A DNA stretch of 44,244 bases from Robiginitomaculum sp. (lineage in GTDB: Bacteria > Pseudomonadota > Alphaproteobacteria > Caulobacterales > Maricaulaceae), in assembly GCA_002733735.2 (NCBI GenBank), contig NVWT02000006.1, forward strand, positions 1-44,244, read 5' to 3'. Below are positions 1 through 8,062 of this stretch, one piece after another (the stretch's first letter is position 1; every line of letters begins with the position of its first letter). Position numbers and translations under genes: made by a program. The notes under the pieces were generated by a model. That model was not told the DNA's origin and did no database searches. It worked only from the letters and a program-made list of their open reading frames with translations.

Positions 1-99
1 ATTGTTGGCCATTCATCACCTTTGGAAAAAGAGGCGGCAACAGCTTTGCATCCAGCTAGGTTTGCTGCAAGAACTGCTCGTCGTGAAGCTGATAAGTAA
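1..99 (+). CDS. possible 3' end of a CDS truncated by the left window edge (...HPARFAARTARREADK*)
   Basis: Frame 1 is open from base 1 to TAA at 97-99. It is too short to identify, and composition is the only support. Confidence 0.25.
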   Translation: MVGHSSPLEKEAATALHPARFAARTARREADK

Positions 100-180
100 C
101 TATGACTGTTTTGTTCCAACCGGGCATTACTTTGTTCAGTTTTTAAGGAATAGCTTTTTTAACAGGAGTAAGCCTGTTTT

Positions 181-257
181 GGTCCCGTAGCTCAGTAGGA
201 TAGAGCACCAGATTCCTAATCTGGGGGTCGCGCGTTCGAATCGCGCCGGGATCACCA
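181..257 (+). tRNA. tRNA-Arg (anticodon CCU)
   Basis: The cloverleaf folds by eye. Acceptor is GGTCCCG/CGGGATC, D stem GCTC/GAGC, anticodon stem CCAGA/TCTGG. The loop is TTCCTAA with anticodon CCT at 215-217. T arm is GCGCG-TTCGAAT-CGCGC, discriminator A, encoded CCA at 255-257. Confidence 0.93.
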
Positions 258-390
258 TTTTGTTTGTACTCCATCAACTTACCCAAAAACTGGTGCCCAC
301 TTTTTGGATCGATGGAGTATACATTATCATATTGGTAGACTTTGTTTTGGTTTTACAAATCTTACATATTTACTTGATATTACCACTCAC

Positions 391-416
391 TAATATTAGG
401 TTGAATTAATATTAGG
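391..416. promoter_or_regulatory. two copies of TAATATTAGG, each containing the palindromic octamer TAATATTA; candidate operator upstream of the SRPBCC-ArsR pair
   Basis: Exact 10-nt copies lie at 391-400 and 407-416, 9 nt upstream of the ATG at 425. The second copy overlaps the SD-like AGGGG. Assigning it to the ArsR repressor is inference. Confidence 0.3.
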
Positions 417-424
417 GGCGAATT

Positions 425-1060
425 ATGAATTATGGCAACGCATTTGGGATTGAATTTAGAGGCACAGAGGAAATAACGTACAAGGGCAAGCCTGCTCGCA
501 GCGTAACCGGTACGCGAGTATTTCTTACCGAAATTGATGACCTATGGGATGCACTGACAAATCCGGAACGAATACCGCGTTGGTTTCTTCCCGTCAGTGG
601 CGATTTTCGTCTGGGAGGGCATTACCAACTCAAAGGCCATGCTGGCGGTAAAATTACCGAATGTGACCCACCCAAAGCGCTTAGCGTAACGTGGGAGGTT
701 GGGAACAACACAAGTTGGGTTAGGGTAAAATTGGATGCAAAAGAGCGAGGTACTCGGTTATTGCTCGAGCATGTGATGCTCAAAGATGCCGATAGCGAAT
801 CCTATTGGAAGCAATACGGCCCTGGCGCAACAGGTGTTGGGTGGGACCTGTCCTTTCTTGCCCTCAACTATCATCTGGTAAATAATGGTGCCACTATTAA
901 CCCAGAAGAAAATGCCGCATGGATGGCATCAGACAATGGGAAGGCTTTCATACGCAATGCCGCGCAAAATTGGGGCGCAGCTCATATTGCTTCAGGAGAA
1001 TCAGCTGACATCGCAGATGACATGGCCAATTTGACGGCCAAATTTTATACAGGTGAGTAA
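425..1060 (+). CDS. SRPBCC-superfamily (AHSA1/START-like) protein
   Basis: This is a 211-aa ORF with an SD-like AGGGG 6 nt upstream. The sequence pattern (NPERIPRWF..., beta-rich) resembles Aha1-domain SRPBCC proteins. A TAATG 1-nt stop/start overlap joins it to an ArsR-family gene, which is a recurrent pairing. Confidence 0.7.
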   Translation: MNYGNAFGIEFRGTEEITYKGKPARSVTGTRVFLTEIDDLWDALTNPERIPRWFLPVSGDFRLGGHYQLKGHAGGKITECDPPKALSVTWEVGNNTSWVRVKLDAKERGTRLLLEHVMLKDADSESYWKQYGPGATGVGWDLSFLALNYHLVNNGATINPEENAAWMASDNGKAFIRNAAQNWGAAHIASGESADIADDMANLTAKFYTGE

Positions 1061-1383
1061 TGCACGCATTTGATGTTTTGGGTGACCCTGTTAGGCGCCA
1101 CATTCTCCAATTATTGTCAGGCAACTCTCTATCTTCGGGTACCATTGTTGATATTGTCCACAAGGAGTTTGGTATTGGTCAATCAGCAATCTCTCAACAA
1201 TTAAAAGTACTACGCGATAATGGATTTGCCAATGTGACGATAGATGGAGCGCGCCGTATCTACGGACTTGATACTTCTGGTTTGAAAGAAATAGATGATT
1301 GGTTGTCGCCGTTTCGCCAGTTTTGGACACCAAAATTCGAAGCATTAGCTACTGAGGTAGCCCGCGGGAAACGCAAGAAATGA
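1060..1383 (+). CDS. ArsR/SmtB-family winged-helix transcriptional regulator
   Basis: The 107-aa protein reads FDVLGDPVRRHILQLL...GQSAISQQLKVLRDNGF, the typical ArsR HTH signature. It is translationally coupled to the upstream ORF. Confidence 0.85.
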   Translation: MHAFDVLGDPVRRHILQLLSGNSLSSGTIVDIVHKEFGIGQSAISQQLKVLRDNGFANVTIDGARRIYGLDTSGLKEIDDWLSPFRQFWTPKFEALATEVARGKRKK

Positions 1384-1432
1384 TTACCATCGGTAGAAAA
1401 GAAAAGACATCATTGCGGTAGCGCAAGAAAAA

Positions 1433-1517
1433 TGGTGCGGGTGGTCGGACTCGAACCGACACTCCGTAAGGAACGGCATTTTGAGTGCCGCGCGTCTACC
1501 AATTCCACCACACCCGC
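1433..1517 (-). tRNA. tRNA-Leu (anticodon CAA), class II with long variable arm
   Basis: The reverse complement reads GCGGGTG...GGTAGAC...CGGCA-CTCAAAA-TGCCG...GGTTCGAGTCC...CACCCGC-A-CCA. It is 85 nt long with anticodon CAA in a 7-nt loop. Confidence 0.9.
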
Positions 1518-1814
1518 ACGAAGTGAACTTTCTACAGCAGAATTTCATAAATGCAACAAGAACTATTTGCAAGAATAATTATTGTGTACGTATTATAATA
1601 TATACTCAAAATACCGAATTAAACGATATTCGTGGGCATATAAAGCATAGCGTTTTTATGTCATTTTGGCACTTGTTCTGCAGTTTTGTGCTATTAGAGA
1701 GAATATGAAATTCGCTAAAATGTGCAATTTCCTTGTCTTGGCGCGTAGGTTATGAGAAACGGTGCTACGAGGAATTTAGCAATGCAGTTTTGCTTCTAGG
1801 AGTAACAGATAATC

Positions 1815-2786
1815 ATGGAAGTTTTTGTTCCTACTTTGTGGCTGGTATTTGGAATTGTAGTTCTGATAATTGCTGGTGACTTATTGGTACGTGGCTCTGC
1901 TTCTTTGGCTAAGGGTTGGGGCATTCCGCCATTGATCATTGGCCTTACCGTGGTTGCCCTTGGCACTTCGGCACCAGAATTAGTGGTTAGTGTCGGTGCC
2001 GTGCTTGCTGGTGCTCCTGGCTTGGCCGTGGGTAATGTTATCGGCTCCAACATTGCCAATATGTTGTTGGTGCTTGGTATTCCGGCGATGATATTGCCAA
2101 TAGTCACAACGGCTCCGGGTATTCGGCGCAATATTACGATTGCGATTGTGGCAACGATTATTTTCTTTCTGATGGCCGCTGGCGGAGTGATTGTATTTTG
2201 GCAAGGTGCAATGTTGTTTGCATTGATCATAATTTATTTGATTTACTTATTTGTATCTGCACGAAGCGGTAAGGAAATAGCTTCGGACATTTCTGAAATG
2301 GCTGATGTCGATAATATGGACGGCTTGCCAAAGAAGAAGGCAAGCATTGCTTTGTTTGTATTTAGCGGGCTTATCGGCTTGCCGCTGGGCGGTTATCTGG
2401 TTGGTACTAATGCTGTAGACATTGCTGAGTATTTTGACGTTTCCCACGCAATTATTGGCTTAACGATTGTGGCGATTGGTACTTCATTGCCAGAATTAAC
2501 AACATCAGTAATTGCCGCTCTTCGAGGTCATTCTGAATTGGCAATTGGTAATGCCTTTGGCTCAAATATCTTTAACATTTTTGCAGTAGGCGGTGCTTCG
2601 GCTATGGCCGGTAATTTGCCAGTAGACCCAAGCCTGTTATCTTTTGACTTACCGATCATGTTGGCGGCCAGTGTGCTGCTGGCTATATTTGCATTTTCGC
2701 GAAAACCAATTGGCCGAATAGCCGGCTTTTTGATGTTCGCCAGCTATTTGGCTTACCTTAGCTGGCTGGTGTTAAAGGTAGCTTGA
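1815..2786 (+). CDS. CaCA-family Ca2+/Na+ antiporter (YrbG-like)
   Basis: The 323-aa polytopic membrane protein carries the two alpha-repeat signatures: GTSAPELVVSV...GNVIGSNIANMLL and GTSLPELTTSV...GNAFGSNIFNIF. Confidence 0.88.
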   Translation: MEVFVPTLWLVFGIVVLIIAGDLLVRGSASLAKGWGIPPLIIGLTVVALGTSAPELVVSVGAVLAGAPGLAVGNVIGSNIANMLLVLGIPAMILPIVTTAPGIRRNITIAIVATIIFFLMAAGGVIVFWQGAMLFALIIIYLIYLFVSARSGKEIASDISEMADVDNMDGLPKKKASIALFVFSGLIGLPLGGYLVGTNAVDIAEYFDVSHAIIGLTIVAIGTSLPELTTSVIAALRGHSELAIGNAFGSNIFNIFAVGGASAMAGNLPVDPSLLSFDLPIMLAASVLLAIFAFSRKPIGRIAGFLMFASYLAYLSWLVLKVA

Positions 2787-2789
2787 ACG

Positions 2790-3542
2790 ATGCGCAGAGT
2801 ATTGGTCACAGGTGGCGGCGCACGAATAGGACAAGCTCTTTGTGTTGCTCTGGCCAAGGCCGGGCTTTATGTAATTGTCCATTACAATACTTCGGCCAAA
2901 GGCGCTGAGCAAACCTTGGGGCAACTGCAAGCAGTTGGCGGCAAGGGTGAGAAAATTCAAGCCGATTTATCCAGTCATAATCAATGCTTGGGATTATGGA
3001 AAGAAATTGCTAGCGCTCAAACTCCGGTACAAGCATTGATCAATAATGCCAGCCTGTTTGAGAACGATCATTTGGATGAGATGAGCGAACAAAGCTGGGA
3101 TAAACACTTTGCAATAAATGCCAAAGCTCCGGTGTTTTTAAGCCAAGGTTTCGCCGCACAATTACCGGCGGATCAAACTGGACATATAGTCAATATACTT
3201 GACCAAAGACTAGCAAAGCTTAATCCGGATTTTTTCAGTTACACTTTGTCAAAAGCAGTGTTAGGGGTTGCGACCACCACTATGGCACAAGCCTTAGCTC
3301 CGCAGATCAGGGTAAATGCCGTTGCTCCGGGGCCGACATTGGCTAATGCGCGACAAAGCAAACAGGATTTTAAGAAACAGCAAGCCGCTAGTTTGCTACA
3401 AGCAGGCTCACCGGTTCAAGAAATTATTGCCGCAGTGATGTTCTTGTTGAACAGCAGCGCGATAACCGGCCAGACCTTAACGGTCGATGGCGGCCAAAGT
3501 CTTTTATGGCAAACTGCCGATATAACGGGGATCAGCGAATGA
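2790..3542 (+). CDS. short-chain dehydrogenase/reductase, FolM/pteridine-reductase-like
   Basis: The N-terminal VLVTGGGARIGQAL fits the TGxxxRIG form typical of FolM/PTR1-type SDRs. A YxxxK-type motif (YTLSK) is present. An ATGA overlap joins it to the FolB/FolX-family gene. Confidence 0.75.
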   Translation: MRRVLVTGGGARIGQALCVALAKAGLYVIVHYNTSAKGAEQTLGQLQAVGGKGEKIQADLSSHNQCLGLWKEIASAQTPVQALINNASLFENDHLDEMSEQSWDKHFAINAKAPVFLSQGFAAQLPADQTGHIVNILDQRLAKLNPDFFSYTLSKAVLGVATTTMAQALAPQIRVNAVAPGPTLANARQSKQDFKKQQAASLLQAGSPVQEIIAAVMFLLNSSAITGQTLTVDGGQSLLWQTADITGISE

Positions 3543-3907
3543 GCTTGGCAAATACAAGTATTTTTCTAACCGGTTATCAGGTGATGAGTAGTATCGGCGT
3601 TCATGACCATGAGCGAAAGCATAAGCAAGCAATCAAAGTTGATATTGAACTTGATATGGGAGAAATTGCACCGCCAAAAGATGATCTCTTGGTGGAGACC
3701 TTAAATTATGAATGGTTGGCCGATATTATCGAGACTGAATGCAAAGCCGGCCATGTGCAATTGATCGAAACCCTGATCAACCGAATCGCCGATCAATGTT
3801 TAAGCGAACCGCGAGTGCAAGCGATAAGAGTTCGCATAGAAAAACCAGCAGCTATTGCCAAAGCCGCCGCTGCCGGTGTCGAGATTTACCGCCGAAAAAC
3901 TTGTTAA
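3539..3907 (+). CDS. dihydroneopterin aldolase / epimerase family protein (FolB/FolX)
   Basis: I place the start at the ATG at 3539, which overlaps the SDR stop (ATGA), rather than at 3506. The 122-aa protein has the FolB-like pattern IGVHDHERKHKQAIKVDIEL...IETLI. FolB and FolX cannot be separated by eye. Confidence 0.75.
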   Translation: MSLANTSIFLTGYQVMSSIGVHDHERKHKQAIKVDIELDMGEIAPPKDDLLVETLNYEWLADIIETECKAGHVQLIETLINRIADQCLSEPRVQAIRVRIEKPAAIAKAAAAGVEIYRRKTC

Positions 3908-3982
3908 GTTTTTTGAAGCTTGGGTGACGCAGCAAAACCGTGCCGGCTTTGCCCATTCTCGCCAAAAGGGATTCAGCGAAGC

Positions 3983-4027
3983 TGGTGCACCCGGCGAGAT
4001 TCGAACTCACGACCTCTGCCTTCGGAG
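3983..4027 (-). repeat. att core copy 1: displaced 3' fragment of tRNA-Arg(CCG), with no 5' half
   Basis: The reverse complement is CTCCGAAGGCAGAGGTCGTGAGTTCGAATCTCGCCGGGTGCACCA. That covers the anticodon loop, 3' anticodon stem, variable loop, T arm, acceptor 3' strand and CCA. No matching GCACCCG acceptor 5' strand occurs to the right. Confidence 0.85.
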
Positions 4028-4034
4028 TGGCGAA

Positions 4035-4141
4035 AATATACGCTAATCTGTTGTAATTATTGGATATTAACGGACCATAGTGGCGCGCAAAGGGGTATAA
4101 AAGGGCCTATTTTGACCTATTTGCGCGCCAGTTGCGCGCCA
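4035..4141. repeat. motif cluster at the left arm of island A: AATATACGCTAA plus three copies of TTGCGCGCCA (one inverted)
   Basis: AATATACGCTAA is at 4035-4046. TGGCGCGCAA (the inverted copy) is at 4081-4090. TTGCGCGCCA is at 4121-4130 and 4132-4141. The same motifs recur at 26513-26558. Confidence 0.6.
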
Positions 4142-4145
4142 ATGT

Positions 4146-6974
4146 TTAATCGACCCCATCAATAAACGTCTCAACAAATGATTTGATTTTGCCAATGATC
4201 CGTTCGGATATGGTAGAGCGTTCTTTTAAGCTCGGGCGTTTTTCCATAATATTGATCACATCGTCACGCATAGGCGTTTTCTCGGTAAACAAATAGTCCC
4301 CGATGATTTTTTGTAAACCCTCCAGATCAAGGCCTTCCTCTTCGCCCAGCGTTTTTACAGCTTTTGCTTTTTCCTTGCTCCAGTAAGTTTCAAACTCTTC
4401 GCTGATATTTCCATTTGATGATAGTTCCGCAAAATGCTCGGCAATGAAGCGTTCGATCAGCTCTTTCTTGCTGCGAAGCTGCGCCTCGGTATCCAGCATA
4501 TTCATGATAGTTTTTTGAGTTTTGGCCTGTTCTTCCGGGCTGGCATTTCGCGTGTTTTCGAGCAAGCCGATGATGTAGCTGACATTGATTGTGTCTCGTC
4601 GGATCAGCTCCAGTTCAAAATCAATATCATCAAGGATTGAGACTTTTTCTTTTTCATTATTGCCTTTCACCTTCTCATAGAGGTCAAGGTATTTGCTCTT
4701 GAAATCTGCGAACAATTGCTCATCCATCGGCAGATGGTCAAAGCTAAACTCGGTGAAACAATCCAACACGTTTTTAAGGCGGATCAGTTCACGAAAGGCC
4801 TGAATGAATTTTGCCTCATCTTCTTCGGTCAACAAGTCATCAACGCTGTCCACACTTGGTGTGATCACCTCCAGCGCTTTTACCGCTTCGCCAAAGCGGG
4901 CCACATAGTCCTCATACGGGGCTAGGATAATGTCTTCGATAGCATCTTTGTTGGCGAACAACTCGATGGCCTGATCTGTGGCGGGTTTGAGGTTGCGAAA
5001 GCACACCACATTTCCTTGGGCTTTCTTTTGCCCCATGGTGCGGTTGGTTCGCGAATAGGCTTGGATTAGCCCGTGATATTTAAGGTTCTTGTCCACATAA
5101 ATGGTGTTGAGCGGTTTGCTATCAAACCCAGTCAGGAACATATTAACCACGAGCAGGATATCGACCTGCTTTTTCTTCACTCGTTTGCCAATGTCTTTGT
5201 AATAGCCATAAAAATTATCGGTCGAATAATTGCAACCATACATCTGATTATAGTCGGCAATAAACTCGTCCAGCTTTTCACGACTATGTTTGTTTACCGG
5301 CTTTGTGCTGTCCCCATCTGTCGGAATATCGGTTTCAATAAAACCGTTCGCGTCCTTATCCTCTTCATTTGCGGAATATGAAAAAATAGTCCCCACCTTC
5401 AAATTATGATCCCCAGCCGCCTTTTTAGCCTTGAACAGATCATAATATTTAATCAAAGTTTTGACATTGGAAACGCAAAAAATGGCCGTGAACTCGCGGG
5501 CATGAGTTTTGCGGTTATGATTGGCAATAATGTAATTGGTGATCTTTTCCAGCCGCTCCGGGGCTTCCATCACTTCCGCCGTATCAATGGCCTCCACATC
5601 AATATCCACTACCTGATCTTTTTGGGTAAAGGTGCGAATATACTCGATGGAAAAGCGAAGCACGTTCTGGTCACGGATGGCATCGGTAATGACATATTTG
5701 TGCAGACACTCGCCAAACAGGTCTTTGGTGGTACGTTTGCCAAGCGCGTTCTTGGCGGCATTTTTGGCAAAGATCGGCGTACCGGTGAACCCAAACATTT
5801 GCACATTAGCAAAGAAGGCTTTGATCCGGTTGTGGGTGTCTCCAAACTGGCTGCGATGGCATTCATCAAAGATAAACACCATGCGCTTTTCTTGCAATCC
5901 CTCCATTGATCTCAAATATTTCTGGTTTTGAATGGCGTTATTCAACTTTTGCAAGGTGGTGACGATCAGAGGCGTGTCGTCGCCAAACTGTTTGACCAGC
6001 TGCGCGGTGTTGTTAGTGCCGTCAACCGAGACTTCTGAAAAGCTGTTGAACTCTTTGATCGTATGGAAATCAAGATCTTTACGGTCTACCACAAATACAA
6101 CCTTGTGCACCTCTGGGCTTTGGGTGAGAATTTGCGCAGTCTTGAACGAGGTCAACGTCTTGCCCGAACCGGTCGTGTGCCAGATATAGCCGTATTTCTG
6201 GCTGTTACGGACCTGATCCACAATCCGTTCAACCGCATAATACTGATAGGGGCGCAGCACCATCAGCATTTTTTCCGACTCGTTCAAAACCACGTATTTG
6301 GTGATCATTTTGGAAAACTGGCATTTTTCCAAAAAACTTTCCGCGAACGCACTCAATTGCGTGATCTTTTTATTGTCCTGATCCGCCCAGAAAAACGTCT
6401 GTTTGAAATCGCGCTTGCCTACCGGGTTATTGGCATAATATTTAGTGTTGACCCCGTTGGAAATTACAAACAACTGGATATAGCCAAACAGGCCATAGCC
6501 TGCCGAAAACGAATGTCTATGATAACGGTTGGTCTGGTTGAATGCCTCTTTCATTTCCAACCCGCGTCGTTTCAGCTCGATCTGCACCAGAGGTAGACCG
6601 TTGACCAGTATCGTTACGTCATAACGATTGGTGTATTTGCCCTTCATGGTGACCTGATGGGTTACCTGATACTCATTCTTGCACCAATGAATTTGATTGA
6701 TCAGCTCCACATAACCGGTGCTGCCATCATCACGGGTATAGGCGATTTTATCGCGAAGGGTTTTCGCCTTGTCAAAAATATTACCCTTGGCCAGAGCATT
6801 TAGGATTTGCCTGAATTCCAACTCGGACAGCAAAAACTTGTTGTGTTTTTCTAATTGTTTTTTGAGATTGGCCAACAATGCATCTTCATCGTCAATCCGC
6901 ACTTTCTCAAAGCCCAGTGTTTGCAGTTGGGCAATTAAATTATTTTCAAGGGTTTGTTCGGATTGTGTGGTCAT
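4146..6974 (-). CDS. hsdR: type I restriction enzyme R subunit (HsdR)
   Basis: The 942-aa protein has an HsdR-type N-terminal nuclease region (MTTQSEQTLENNLIAQL...VDILLVVNGLPLVQIELKR-like) and SF2 helicase motifs (HTTGSGKT, FDECHRS). It lies in an operon with hsdM and hsdS. Confidence 0.92.
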   Translation of the reverse strand: MTTQSEQTLENNLIAQLQTLGFEKVRIDDEDALLANLKKQLEKHNKFLLSELEFRQILNALAKGNIFDKAKTLRDKIAYTRDDGSTGYVELINQIHWCKNEYQVTHQVTMKGKYTNRYDVTILVNGLPLVQIELKRRGLEMKEAFNQTNRYHRHSFSAGYGLFGYIQLFVISNGVNTKYYANNPVGKRDFKQTFFWADQDNKKITQLSAFAESFLEKCQFSKMITKYVVLNESEKMLMVLRPYQYYAVERIVDQVRNSQKYGYIWHTTGSGKTLTSFKTAQILTQSPEVHKVVFVVDRKDLDFHTIKEFNSFSEVSVDGTNNTAQLVKQFGDDTPLIVTTLQKLNNAIQNQKYLRSMEGLQEKRMVFIFDECHRSQFGDTHNRIKAFFANVQMFGFTGTPIFAKNAAKNALGKRTTKDLFGECLHKYVITDAIRDQNVLRFSIEYIRTFTQKDQVVDIDVEAIDTAEVMEAPERLEKITNYIIANHNRKTHAREFTAIFCVSNVKTLIKYYDLFKAKKAAGDHNLKVGTIFSYSANEEDKDANGFIETDIPTDGDSTKPVNKHSREKLDEFIADYNQMYGCNYSTDNFYGYYKDIGKRVKKKQVDILLVVNMFLTGFDSKPLNTIYVDKNLKYHGLIQAYSRTNRTMGQKKAQGNVVCFRNLKPATDQAIELFANKDAIEDIILAPYEDYVARFGEAVKALEVITPSVDSVDDLLTEEDEAKFIQAFRELIRLKNVLDCFTEFSFDHLPMDEQLFADFKSKYLDLYEKVKGNNEKEKVSILDDIDFELELIRRDTINVSYIIGLLENTRNASPEEQAKTQKTIMNMLDTEAQLRSKKELIERFIAEHFAELSSNGNISEEFETYWSKEKAKAVKTLGEEEGLDLEGLQKIIGDYLFTEKTPMRDDVINIMEKRPSLKERSTISERIIGKIKSFVETFIDGVD

Positions 6975-8050
6975 GATTTATCTTTGTCAGAAGTCAGTTT
7001 TTTTTCCTGTTCCGTCAGAGCCTTGATGTTGGCCCTTTCCCCTTCTGCCTCCAGCAATTTCTTTCGTTTTTTGGCGAATTTGACATATTCTTTTTCAGCA
7101 AGAGCGCGCGCCTGTTTTTGAGAAACCTGCCCCGCATTGCTTAGAATTTCACGCTCATTAAATTGCAAGAACGCATCCAGCTTTTCTTCCCAATTGGTCA
7201 AAAAGAACTGCTGGCGGCGCAAGGCCTGATCCTCGGCGAAATCCAGCCACATAACCACAATCCGGTTTAGTTCTTGAATTTCTTTCTTGGTCAGATAGTT
7301 TTTGGCCGTACCGATATCGGATTTTAGTATTTGCCCGCCCGGTGAGTTTTTCCAACTGGTCAAACCCATGTTCTTTTTGGAGCCTCGGGCGCGGCTGGCG
7401 ATCAATTCTGCTGCGGTTTTGCCGGTGGCAGCAAAATGTAGCTTGTTCTGGATAATTTTGAAAAATTTTCGGGTCTCGCTGGAAATCGGTTTATAATCCG
7501 CTGCTAATGCGAATAATTCACGTACACGCAAATACACCCGCTTTTCGCTGGCCCGAATATCGCGAATGCGTTCCAGCAATTCATCGAAATAATCAGGGAT
7601 ACCCTGCCCATCAACCGGCGGGTTTTTCAACCGCTGATCATCCATGACAAAACCCTTGACCAGATACTCCTGCAAACGGACATTGGCCCATTGTCGGAAC
7701 TGAACCCCGCGCCGGGAACGCACGCGAAAGCCCACGGCCAAAATGGCTTGCAGATTGTAATGTTCTATAATCCGCGTCACATCCCGTTCGCCTTCCGTGC
7801 GAACTATCCGGAATTTCCGGATAGTTGCTTCCGGAGCAATCTCTCCCTCTTCATAGAGATTTTGCAAATGCTCATTGATGGTGCGTACATCCTTGTCAAA
7901 CAACTCAGCCATCAGCCGTTGAGAGAGCCAGATGGTTTCATCAGAGAACCGGCACTCAATGCGGATTTGTCCGTCCTCAGCTGTATAGAGCAAAAACTCA
8001 GCATCAGGTGGCGCTGGCAGGTTCGAAGGGTTTTTTGGTTCTTTGGTCAT
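6971..8050 (-). CDS. rhuM: RhuM-family protein embedded in the type I RM operon
   Basis: The 359-aa protein reads EFLLYTAEDGQIRIECRF...ETIWLSQRLMAELF...HYNLQAILAVGFRVRSRRGVQFRQWA, the characteristic RhuM pattern. It has a 4-nt overlap with the hsdR start and a 12-nt gap after the hsdS stop. Confidence 0.8.
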   Translation of the reverse strand: MTKEPKNPSNLPAPPDAEFLLYTAEDGQIRIECRFSDETIWLSQRLMAELFDKDVRTINEHLQNLYEEGEIAPEATIRKFRIVRTEGERDVTRIIEHYNLQAILAVGFRVRSRRGVQFRQWANVRLQEYLVKGFVMDDQRLKNPPVDGQGIPDYFDELLERIRDIRASEKRVYLRVRELFALAADYKPISSETRKFFKIIQNKLHFAATGKTAAELIASRARGSKKNMGLTSWKNSPGGQILKSDIGTAKNYLTKKEIQELNRIVVMWLDFAEDQALRRQQFFLTNWEEKLDAFLQFNEREILSNAGQVSQKQARALAEKEYVKFAKKRKKLLEAEGERANIKALTEQEKKLTSDKDKS

Positions 8051-8062
8051 GATAATAATCTT

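Noticed and set aside
2-190. 62-aa ORF in frame 2 at the left edge
   Set aside because: It runs into the tRNA-Arg(CCU) gene and has Cys/Phe/Leu-rich, unprotein-like composition. Frame 1 (1-99) looks more like a genuine gene end.
1384-1708. ORFs 1384..1572 (-) and 1481..1708 (+)
   Set aside because: Both read through the tRNA-Leu(CAA) gene (1433-1517) and have implausible composition.
3983-4027. Either tRNA-Arg(CCG)-like segment considered as a functional tRNA gene
   Set aside because: Neither copy has an acceptor 5' strand (GCACCCG) or a D arm to its right, so they are 3' fragments (att remnants). I also considered a tmRNA 3' end, but the CTCCGAA loop with its flanking CTGCC/GGCAG stem at copy 2 fits a tRNA anticodon arm.
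3855-4165. ORFs 3855..4046, 3920..4165 and 3739..3927 (+) around the first tRNA fragment, and likewise 26403..26600 (-) around the second
   Set aside because: They are translations of the tRNA-derived att repeat and adjacent non-coding DNA (for example ...GAPGEIRTHDLCLRS...). The same peptide appears at both repeats only because the DNA is duplicated.
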